A DNA stretch of 56,092 bases, the filler included, from Sluysia triapertura (taxonomy: Eukaryota), in the NCBI GenBank assembly GCA_046118255.1. It is 4 parts of 4 records of this genome, joined end to end, with 100 filler letters (N's around TTAATTAATTAA, not from the genome) between each part and the next. Parts side by side here need not be neighbours in the genome. Positions count along the whole stretch, not along the records: positions 1 to 16,413 come from JBJNIA010204262.1; 3 more parts are not named here. One strand, 5' to 3'. The stretch's first letter is position 1; every line of letters starts with the position of its first letter. The notes beneath the pieces are model-generated. The model worked only from the letters and a program-made list of their open reading frames with translations, did no database searches and had not been told where the DNA came from. Positions 1 to 11,800 of this stretch are shown here, piece by piece. The position numbers and the translations under genes were made by a program.

Positions 1-2285
1 TACCAGTTTTTCCCTCATTTTATGATTTTACATATGTTCATTCATCTCCAGATCCTCAGTTGGGCAATCCCAACAATTCAAATTAATAGCTGACTGTAAC
101 ATTCTTACCGAAACAATTTTACCAATTTATTATTAAGCGTTATTTTAAGTGCGTTGTGAATGATTGACTTATTACAAATTTTTTGTGCCGATTGGTCTCA
201 AGTCAAAACGTTTGTGTTTCAATCGTTGTCTTTGCTAATTTCTGATTTCCCAATTTTTTTGTATTATCAATGATTAATTGCATTAATGAATTTTTCCAAA
301 ATGGCAAAACTAATTGTACGCATTTAATTTTCACTAAAAATGACCTTAAATGTTTATTATTTTGAGTTATTATTACGGCCTCTAGGCACTTAAAATTATT
401 ATTGTTGTATTTATTATTATTCTATTATTATTTTATTTTCGAGGCTGCTCGTATAACTTTAAATATGGGAGACAAATTAAGAATAAGAAATAATGTCAAA
501 ACTTCTGGTATTTTGTCAGATGAAACATGGGAAAGAGTAAAATTTATCACAACGTAGTCGCTATAGAAACATATGTGATACATAAAAAATAAAAATATTT
601 CGCCATTTTGTAGAATTGATCAAACCAGCCTTGATGCAATGAATCTATATTAATTTATGAATTAAATAAGTTCCAATATCATTTAATATTTCTAAAACAA
701 AATATTTCGTTTAATATCTAGATTTGTATATCAAGATAATAATGAATTGCAAAAGATGAAAGTTATATGACAATAGAAAAGATAGATGAAATAGAAACTC
801 CTACGACTTTAGTGTAAAATAGAAAATAGGATAGACTAATATTTGTATCGAAAAATTGATAATACATTTCAGTAAAGAAATTAAAGAAACAAACTAATAG
901 AGTATTTATTGTCGGAACAAGAAATGCTTCAAGCTGAGAAGGAAACTTATTTAAAAAATTAAACACAAGCTTTAATAATGAATTTACCATAATTTAGCGT
1001 TAATGTCCTTAGAAAAATTTTATCAGGCCGCGGTTACTAGCTAAATTAGAAATAGCTATTACGAATCAAAATTTGGTTAGAAGGGTTTTTGATAAATTAA
1101 TGGATTAAGTTCCACATACTTACAAATGTGCAAGTTACATATAACTACAAAGGTACAAATACAACTATGACAGGAATCGGAGGATGCTAATAAATTGCCT
1201 GAAATTTATGCAAAAATACAAACTTATCGTGATCCAATAATACAAGTAATAAATTAAAACATAAACTAATGCATTGCACAAATCCGAAATGACAACCTGT
1301 AGATACAATTACCACACAAAAATCAATTAAAAAATCTAGAAATAATAGGGTTAACTGAATTAAAACGGAAATTAAAATTTTTAGCAACAAAAAATATTCC
1401 ATTCAGATATCTATAAATGTGGTATTTCAATTTATATCACCTCCTTTTGGAATTGAATCAATAGTGGCTTAATGTTAGTTCTTTTTACACTTCTACATTA
1501 AATAAAAACCTTAACTTCTGTGCCACAGATATAAGTAAATTTTACTCTCATGTATTGCAATGACAACTTTTTTGTGATACAAAATTTTTCTTAGTTTTAA
1601 ATTATATTCATACAGAGTTCGATGCACAAATATATATCAAAATATTTCACAAAAAATAAGGTTGTCTTTTTGAGTGCTAATTATACGAATGAATTTTGGG
1701 TATTTACATTTTCAACTTTTTTACCGTAATATTTTATTAAAAATGAAAGTACAATTCTTGCATTACTCTTCGATTTTTACTATAATTTCTTTTAATATTT
1801 TTTCAAGAATTTATTGCTTATAATAGCGATAACTGTTTCTAGTGAAATTTTTCAAAAGGTTGCATTTGACGAGTAGTAAAATTTGTAACTGCCAAACTTG
1901 CTGCAATATTTCTCAAAGAAATATAATGCTTCTTTGATGACGTCGTTGTGATGTTGCGTATTTTTTCTTGCTAATTCTTTATATTCAGTAGTTGATACTG
2001 ATTTCCAAAGAATGTTTCACCAAATGTGGTATCACATTCTTATATGAAAGTGTTTATTCGAAAATTCTTTTTAAAACTTGACCCGAAAGGATTAATTTGA
2101 GGTAGAATAATTCGTAATCAATTTTGATTCAAAATGAAGTCATTTCATATATCAAATGTTGGATTCGAATTTAATTCTTGTAAAAATTAAGCTCTATTAT
2201 TAATTAAATAAAAAGAAAACATTTTTAAACTTGCAAAAAATCACAATAAGTAACCATAAATATATATTTATTATACAATAAACAA

Positions 2286-3809
2286 TTAATTAAATTTTTG
2301 TAATTTTGCTTTTCCATTAGAAACAGAATCACCAAAGCGTTTTCCACCTCGACCCCCACGATCATTTCCACGTCCAGCTCCTCTACCTCCACGTCCGCCA
2401 CGCGAAGCACCTCTTCCACCAGCATCACGACCTCGACCACCTTCAACTTCAATTAATTCGGGAATGTCACCTTCTAGTAGACACATATTATCAAATTTTC
2501 CGTCTTGCCATTGACTTTGAAAGGCATCATCAGCTTCTTTTGGTAGATCAAATACAAAACCCATTTCATCCTTCTCCATCTTAATATTTGTAATTTGTTC
2601 AACTAAGTCTTCTGCTATTAAACGTTTGAGGGCCTTAAACAAATAACCGTTACTGAAAATAGGACGGTTAGTACGGAAATGATAAGCAGTGAAGTTCGGT
2701 TTCCCGGTCAAACGTGATACATTATCACCTTCAAATCCAGGGCGACTAGGAACAATCTTCTTGTCATTAAAATTTTGTTGAGTTGGGCGGGATTGATTTA
2801 ACGTAACCAATCTAGAAACCAATTCTATATCTGAATACTTCTGCAGTAATAACTTGGCGGTTTCATTATTTTTCTCGAAATTTTTTACCTGATCGACACG
2901 TTCCATAAGCATATTATCAATTTCATATTTCTTAGCTTCATTAGAAATTCTAAAAATATTAAATATAAAAAAATTAATCTTACTTCTCTGTTTTATCTTT
3001 TTTAGATTCACTTTTTTCATTATCTTTATTTTTGTTACTTTCTTCAGAACTGCTGCCTTCTTTTGAATCATTGCTCTTTTCTTCTTCCTTTTCTGAATTA
3101 GATTCACTAGCCTCACTAATAGTACTACTCTGATTTTCGACTATTTGAAATCCTTTCTCAAAATTATCCATAAATTTTTTGCAGTTTTTTATTTCCGAAC
3201 AAGTAACAATCATTTGTAAAGAATTTTCACTGTCGACAGAATCATTACTTTGGTTGGCATCCTTAGACACCTTCTTTGAAATTTGTAAAAGACATTCTTC
3301 ACATTCCTCAACTGGAACAAAACTATAAATTTGTTTAATTGATTTAGTTTTGATGCAACCGTCACTTAATAGTTCTTGAAAACGCTCTACGGATGCAACT
3401 ATGATATCAACAGGACCATCCAAAGCTTTCTTGTTCTTTTTCTTGCTTTTGTCTTCGTGACATGCAGCAATTATTAACTCTTTTGATAATAAACTTTTTA
3501 TATTTTCAACAACTACGTTACACGACAAAGCTGAATCGGTTAAGATGATAATGCGAGGAGTTCGTTTGTCCTTTAACTTTTTTATTGCTTCAGCCTTTTT
3601 AACAGCAGAAGCTTCTAAAACAATCATGCTAATACCGTCTAAAATCATTTATATCATATTTCAATAGACTTACCTTGTATCAATACATTTTGACCTCCTT
3701 GTATATAATTTAAAGCAGCTACTTCAATTTCTGTGAACGATTCGACCTTTTTGGCTTTTAATTTCTGGATTAAATTATCCGAGAAATTCATGCTGTTTAT
3801 GTCAACCAT
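2286..3809 (-). CDS. DDX21/DDX50-like nucleolar RNA helicase homolog with GUCT domain and RGG tail; helicase core degenerate; 484 aa, 3 exons
   Basis: Exons 3809-3674, 3638-2984 and 2949-2286 with GT-AG introns of 35 and 34 nt join into one open frame of 1455 nt. The C-terminus (SRLTGKPNFTAYHF...LFKALKR...GFVFDLP...QWQDGK...IPEL) matches the GUCT domain of DDX21/50 and is followed by GGRG repeats. The N-terminus follows the order of DEAD-box RecA1 motifs (PRIIILT, VDIIVASVERF) but they are degenerate. Confidence 0.85.
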
Positions 3810-4323
3810 ATAAGAATAAAATGAAAATATAAATATTTAAACAAAGTAAAAAATACTTTATATAAATGTATATTATTTTTCCATTTAATTTAGATAAATC
3901 CAATTAGATAAATACAAAAACCATTTTTAATTTTAACTGTGCATCAAATTTGAAGTATTATTATCCAATATCGCTAAAAAAATTTTTTATATATTTTCAA
4001 AAATATTTTAAAAAATTAAAAGTAACAAAATATACTAATGATGAAAATAGTATTAAAATAAGATATTAAAACTTATATTAATTTAAATTTTATTTAAAAA
4101 AATAAATCATTAAAAAATATTTCATTAGAAAATTAAATAAATTTTGATTAAAAAAACATTAATCTAAGGTCTGATTTCAAAAGTAATTGGAAAAAAATCA
4201 AATTGCCATGTTTTTAATAATTTTTTTGAATTAGTAAATTTCGTATTATCGCTTGAAATTTTTTAATTTCGCCGTATTAAATTAATAAAATAATTAATTC
4301 TTTTAGTTTAGTACAAATTTTAA

Positions 4324-4397
4324 TTTGAATGGTAAGGTGTATGTAGGTTTTCAAAGTTGTAAAGTTATGTGACATCATCATTATTCAATGTTATGAT
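4324..4397 (+). mobile_element. Short fragment of the same LINE ORF1 family
   Basis: TTTGAAT.GTAAGGTGTATGTAGGTTTTCAAA...CAATGTTAT is shared with 21641-21715. Confidence 0.65.
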
Positions 4398-5559
4398 TTC
4401 TTGTAATTGATGAATGTAACACCAAATTAGATGACATTATAAAATTTAAATTATAAAGCACTGAAGATTCTGTAAACTTGTATAAAATAGCATTCTATAA
4501 CGTGTTAGTGTGTTTTTCGAATTCTAACCTCACTATTTATACTTTTTCGGTATTTTGATCTTTAAAAATTAATTATTTATTCAGATTTAATAAATATTAT
4601 TTAATTCTTTATTCACTTCAGATTGTATTTAAAATAAATATTAATATTTAATTAGTGATAAAGACCAGATTATAATTTTCTAATTTCATTTTAACTGTAT
4701 TACTTTTACATTATAGTTTGAATACTGCAATCATATTTTAAGTATTAAATTAATTTAAATTTCAACAATTACAATCTAAAAATTAAAATATAATTTATAA
4801 TTTCTAAAACATAATTTATCGAATTTATCTTCACCAATACAAGATTTCATTAGATGCATAAACTTTATCCTTCAGATGTGTTATCAGTCCCAATTGTTTA
4901 TTTTTTAAGATGATTTACAATTGTTGGATTCATATTATCAGTCAAACATTTTTCTTGCGAATGAGAACTGTTGGGATTGTCAAGCTGTGAATCAGAAGAT
5001 GAGTGGGGGATATGTGGAACCAGAGAGTGAAGGAAGAATTGATACGAAGTGATAGATTGAGTATTATAAATAATGTTGAAGTAAGAATTATGAAGATGAA
5101 AACATCTATATCAATGTTAACAACTGAGGAATACTTGGGATTTTCAAAGACCTATATAAGGTATTGAGGCTTTATGGATTTGTGTTGAGGTGTATATTTT
5201 CTATTTATGTTTTGTGTTTTATGTGGTTTGTATAAATGATTTTGATTGGTATATATAAATGATTTTATTAGAATAATTATTTTTATTATAATAAATTTTA
5301 ATTTTATTAATCAAAATAAATTTTAATGTTTAAAAATCAATATAAATATTAATATTTAAAAATGTAAATTAAGTATTATTAATATTTTAGAATATAAATT
5401 TTAATATTTTTAAAATATGAATATTTTAATATTTGAAAATTTTAAATTATTTATTTCAATAAAATTTTTAACAAAAATTTGTTTAAACAAATCAATTAAA
5501 TCAAAAAGTAAGATGGAGTCTTAAAAATAGTATAAATTTAGAAAGAAGATCAGAACAAA

Positions 5560-5870
5560 ATTTTCATAAAAGTTTTTAAGGAAAGTTATTTTGAAGAAAT
5601 TTCAATTTTTTGACGGAACATTTAAAGCTATTCCATGAACAAGTAATTTTTTATCGCCTACGTTTTAAAGATAATTAAATTAAATCTCACGTAAATTTCA
5701 GAATATTTTATACTACACCTTAAAAAGGCTAGGGAGATCTAAAGCTAAAATTAAATACCACATCAAGGAATCTAACGTGAATTTTTAAAATATACATATG
5801 CATTGTAAGTTTACTTTTATTTCGGCTTTTGTAATAGAAGCATTAAGGAGTTGCTTTTATTTTCAATTCA
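5560..5870 (+). mobile_element. Possible MULE/Mutator transposase remnant
   Basis: TTTGACGGAACATTTAAAGCTATTCCA encodes FDGTFKAIP (MULE DGTFK motif) at 5609-5635, with a degenerate C-F-x-F segment near 5850. No open frame remains. Confidence 0.4.
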
Positions 5871-8800
5871 TAAAATATTTGTTAAAGACTTAAAAAGCTA
5901 TTTTAAAATTGTAACATCACTTCATTTTTTCAAAATTAGATCGTACAAGGCTAGTGTGATTTCAAAAATTCTATATACTAGACCATAAAAAGGTTAGTGA
6001 ACTATAAATTAAATATTTAGAAACGAAAGTGAGAATAAATTAGTAAAACAAAATTAACTGTACGTGACCTAGTATTTTCAACTTAAGCAAATTATCTTTT
6101 TTTTCGTAGTTCTTTTGAAAAAATCGTGATAGCACGTCTTTAGCATTGATATAAATCGTGTATTCTAGGCGAACCGACTCTCAGATATTTTGTAGGTGCA
6201 AGAATTTAAGTATTTTTAGGATAAAACAATAAATTAGCATTTTGAAAGCCTGAGATCATCTGAAACATTAATATTTGAAATATCTATAAGCATTTAAGAC
6301 CTTTGAGTAACCTTATAAAGCAGCTGAAATCTTTAAAATATTGGAGAAATAAAATCATTGTTGCTAATATTAATGTAATATTAAAAAAGTAATCAGAGTG
6401 GTGAAATGAAAGCATCTGAAACTTCCTGAGTAGTAAACAATTTTAGAACCTTAATAAAACCTTTAAACATAAAAATAAGCTTAAGTCTAATGTTGGGATT
6501 GGTGAAGGATAAGGATAGATATGAGTCAGAACTCAGGACAACAGAATAAAATAAACATCATTGAAGAATTCAGATAAGATATTATGATGAATAGTAATAA
6601 TAAAATAAGCTTATAAGATACTTGAATTAAAATAATAAATAAGAAATGTGAAGAAATAACCCTTTTCAAGGTTTTATTTGTTAAAATATTAAAGTACATT
6701 TGTTAATTAAATTAGATTAATTGATAAAAATTATAATTTACTTAATTAAGAAAAGTACGTTTTTGTGAATAAAGTTTGATTACGGAATACTATGCCAAAG
6801 TGAAAAATGTGTATGTTTATTTTAAAGATCTTTTGATGAAGGTATGGTTTGACAAAGTCAAATTTTAATTAATTTTTAATTATGGAATGTTGAATTTTTT
6901 ATACTTAGATTGATGAAAATATAATGAATTGAATGTGGGATAATTGCTATGTATTTGGAAGTGAGTTCGAAAAGCCTTAATAACCTTAAACATTTTGCAT
7001 AAGAAAATTGGATGCGAAAAATCAAATATAAATTGAATTCTAAAAACTAAAATTAAATTAAATAATACTGGTGATTGTTACTTTAATATGAGAAGTAATT
7101 TAAGTAAAAATAAATCGAGTAGAGTAAAGGAAAATAATATATGATAAAATCAATTTATTGTATTCTGAATTTGGTAGAGTTTGACAGACCGTACCTTGTA
7201 ACTGTCAAAGTTATTATTGCCTGTCTAATTCTCAAAGAGTGTTGTAATGGCTTGTGTGAGATAATGTTTGATTGTAAACCTTGAGAAAGATTGAATGATG
7301 AAAAGTATAAAATGAGTACTTGGAAATTTTGCACTCATTAAGAATATCAACCACGTTGCCAACACGAGATCCAATGATGATTTCATGATATGGTAAAATT
7401 TTTGATTTATACTATTTTTTAATATAATTTTGTTTGTAATACCACATTAAAATTATAAATAAATATAAATTATTTATTGTTTTCATTTTGCTGCTTTAAA
7501 GTTATTTTAGAAAGGATTAATTACTTATCAATAAAAAAGGAATCCTCATTTTTTTATTAAGTATTTTTAAAGATTTTCCACATCCATATAATTAAAATTA
7601 TTTTTTTGGGAATTCCTTGATTGTTTAAATTGTTTCCGGGAAGATATTGGAATTTAATAAATTGTTAATTCATTAGTATTAAGATATATTTAAATCAGAA
7701 TTATCTTTGGGATATTTCCTGATCAATTTATTTCTAAGGATATATTAGAATTTCCTTTAGTGTGTAAAGTTTTATTTTCTTTTGGTAAATTACTAATATT
7801 AGTGATTTCATTAGTGATTTGGTATAATAATATATTTTTAACACCGAATTTCATTTTTTGTGATTTCTTAGCAATTGTTGTGCTCGAATATATTTTCTTG
7901 TTTTGATTTGATAAATGTTGTATATACATAAAACTATAGGAAAAAATAAGTTTGATTTGGAATTAATATAGAAGGATTAATAAAATAAGAATTTTAGATT
8001 TACCGATAAAATAGAGAAATAACACGACCTTATGTAAAGAACTTTTAGAAGGAAGCAAATAGGTTAAATGAAAAAATTCATCTTTCTCAAAGGATTGATT
8101 ATAGTTTTGGTTCATTAACTTCATGATGAATTTTTTTAGTCAAGATCTGTTGATTAGTACTAATTTTGCCTATTGAACTTTAGTGATATTTTTATGTTCA
8201 ATACAAAATGTTCAGTTTGTAAACTGTAGTCAGGTAAAAATTTTAAATGTTCCAATATCTTATTCGCTGATGCACGTGTTTCTTTAGATGTAATAGCACA
8301 CTTTATGCTATTATACTTGAAAAATTTACAGTATACGACTTACTAATGGCGTACCTGTAAAAATTAAGTGAAAGTAATTATCAAAATTAATCGTACAAAA
8401 GATGCTTCGCCTTAACTTAACAATAATTGGCAAACGTAGTTCAAGTAAATAGAATTCTGCGGTCTTAATATTTTTTATTGCACAAAAATTATAATAAAAT
8501 AAAATTAACACAAATTCACAAAAATACGACAAAAATGAATATTAATAATATAAAAATATTAAAAATGATAAAATTATAATAGCGATAATAAATGAAATAT
8601 AATAAAGGTCTAGCCCAGAAGACTCTACCCTACAATATCTATTTTATAATTGACCTTACGGGCCAACTAAAGATTCGAAATTTTATATTTTAAATGGATT
8701 TTGTGATTGGCCTTAATGACCAACCGTGAAAAAGGATATTTTACGTGTATTTTATGACTATACAAAAAGTTGATAACTTTTATAATATAAACTTACGATT

Positions 8801-11800
8801 AACCAATAAACACGAAAAATAGATAATTGTTTCTTCTTCGAAATTATGTGTTCTATGGAAAATCGTTCCCTTTAATCGTAGACGCGGGACACGATTTAAT
8901 CACCTTGATTTATAAATTGAAGATTTGTTGGATTCCTCGAGAAGGACGATCTAATATTGGATGATTGATGTTTGATGAAATAAAATGGCGAAGTGACTTC
9001 TTTGTTTTCCAAATATGATGAATTGCAATGAGTATTGTTGATTGTTTTATTTGTGTCTTTGTTTTCTTTGACTGTCTTTATATAATGATAAAGACATTTT
9101 TAAGTTTTTATTTCAATGAAACAAACTTCTTTCTAGAAGTTTCTTTTTATGTATTTTTTAATTTATAATAATACTTTTAATTTTGTTATAATTAAAATAA
9201 TAATTTTTTAAATAATATGAATTTTAGTAATTATTTATAATATTTTGTAATTTTAAAAAACCATAAAAATATAAAATGTAAAGTATAAAATTATGTACAC
9301 CTTTACATAAAAATACTATAATTTTCTTTATTACTTTATTAAAAATTAATTTAAAAATGTTACAACCTAATTTTAAAATAATTTTAAAAAAACTATCCAA
9401 AAATTTACAATTATTTTTTTTACAAAAGTTTATAATATTTATTATAATATTTAATATTTTCTACATTACAACATTTATATTTTTACAAAAGTTTTACAAT
9501 AATTTAACCATAATGAATTTACATATTTACAATATTCTGAAAATATCCTCAGAATATATAAAAAATTCTAATTCTTTGAATCGGCTATTTCGGTTTTTCG
9601 GATGCTTGTTATTTAGTTTCCTTCTCCAAATAACTGTAACTGTCCGTACTTATATTGATATTCCAATTTACGAAATTTCGCGTTAAATATAATGATACAA
9701 CCCATTATCTTTCATCAAGACTTTTTCTCGAGTTTTAAAAGTTACCGATTACCGGTCTCACATCTTCCAAATATAACAACCTTGGACCTTTTCATTTTAA
9801 AGTAAGATTATTAAATCTAGAGTTTTAAACATTAAAGAATAAATATTGAAGAATATAGATGGCACTTAGGGCACCTTAGAACATTATTAATTTTCATTAG
9901 AAAATTTAAGGGATTCTTATTTTTATTAATAAATAAATTCAAATTATGATAGCATTTAAAGCCTTGAATAACACAATTACAAATTTAAAATCTTTAATAA
10001 AATAAAATTACATGTGTGCGACTTAAAATTGACAGAATCTATGTACTTGTTAATTTTAAGATAAAAATTTTGGGTTGCTAAATCATGAAAATAAAAACGA
10101 AAGCGTTTATTAAAAGCTTTCATAAAAATTTTATTATACAATTCATCAAATCCTTCGCATGACCTTTATCACATTAAATCGAATGAGAAACTGTCGATTT
10201 GGCACAATCTGCACCTTTATCTAAATTTAATAAATGAATTAAACAGATATTTCTATTTGAATGAATTCAGAATATCATCGAACTTCTTTTATGAGAGATT
10301 TAAAAACACAAGCCTTAATCCAAAACTGCCACATTTTATTGTTTTCCATGAACAATTTAAATTTCAATTCACTAAATATGCGTATTTTAAAATAACTATC
10401 TTCTTAATTAGTAACATCAACGTTATTTTTAATTTTATTCAAAATTACGTAGATTCCATTGTCAAATGATCTATCAATTGAATTAATACCAAAGGATTCT
10501 AAATCTATTACTAAATATTTTCGTAATGCTAGATGTTGAATTACTAACTTTTAATCTCCATGATTCAAATTTGACTTACAATAACTATCTTCTGTATTTT
10601 TATAAATAACGTTAGGCATAAAGAATTTGATCAACACCATTCTTTATATCATTTATTGATTACGAGGATCCCGGACTATTACGACCTTCGTGTATGTCAA
10701 TGTCTTTTTCCAATGTTCACAATGCATATTTAAAATATTATATAGACTTTGGTTTTATTTTGATTTAATTCTTAATGTTCAAACAAAAACAAGATTTATA
10801 ACGAATCATAAAATAATAATACAAATTATTAATAATAATAATTTTTGCAAAATTTTATTTATAAAGGTTTTAGAAAAATTTAGTTTTTAATTTAATAAAA
10901 TGTTTAATAATAACATCAATTTAGTAATAATTGGTGCAAAATGCAAAAGGAAAAATAATATGGTGGAAAATTGAATGTGAATGTTATATTGTTATTATAT
11001 AGTTTTCTATTGTATTTATAAAGATGCAAGAGGGTTTTGTGGACAATATAATGGATGTAAATAATAACTGCACCGCGGATAGAAATTGAATATTATTTGA
11101 TCGTCATTCGTGTAACAAAATATTTAAATATACATTATCACTTATTTGATATTCTGTTAGCATTTCCTGCGTCAGTTGCATTTTTCGTATTTTCTTAAAA
11201 TTATCTATATACTTTCTGGATACCCTGTAAATTCATTGTTTATATCTAACATTTTAATAATACAATTATTTGCTTTGCCTTAATAAAAACAATATTAATT
11301 TATAACAAAATAGAAATATAGTTTTATTTTTCAATTAGGGTTCCAAGGAAATTATTGGATACACTTTGGGATGTTTATCGTCTTTATTCTATTGTAGTGC
11401 CAGAATACCTCAAATAGTTATGAACGTTAGTTGATCTAATAATAATTATTTTTTTTATTATTTTTATTATTATTATTATGGTGGTGGCGATAGTAGTGGT
11501 GGTAACTTTTGCCTCCCAGATGTTTGATTGATATTATTCGTCCACAGTGCGAACAGTTTCCTTAAATGAGTTTGTTATCTTAAGTATAAAATTTTAAACT
11601 ATAAATTTAAATTATATGCTCTGGGACTTGTAATATTTATGCTGTATTACGGTTTATTTCAAAAATAGCACATTTTAATGAAAGATATGCTATTTTGGGT
11701 AAAATAAGGTGAATGAGCTACAAACTCGTGTTTAAAATATTATTGAAATTTGTATTTATTTACTAATAGTCAAAGTTAATAGTGGTTAGTTAATCAGAAT

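Noticed and set aside
2225-2452. 75-aa Val/Glu-rich ORF
   Set aside because: Alternative frame of the RGG tail of the DDX21-like gene.
11214-11230. Tc1/mariner-like terminus (reverse complement TACAGGGTATCCAGAAA)
   Set aside because: Single short end with no partner TIR identified.
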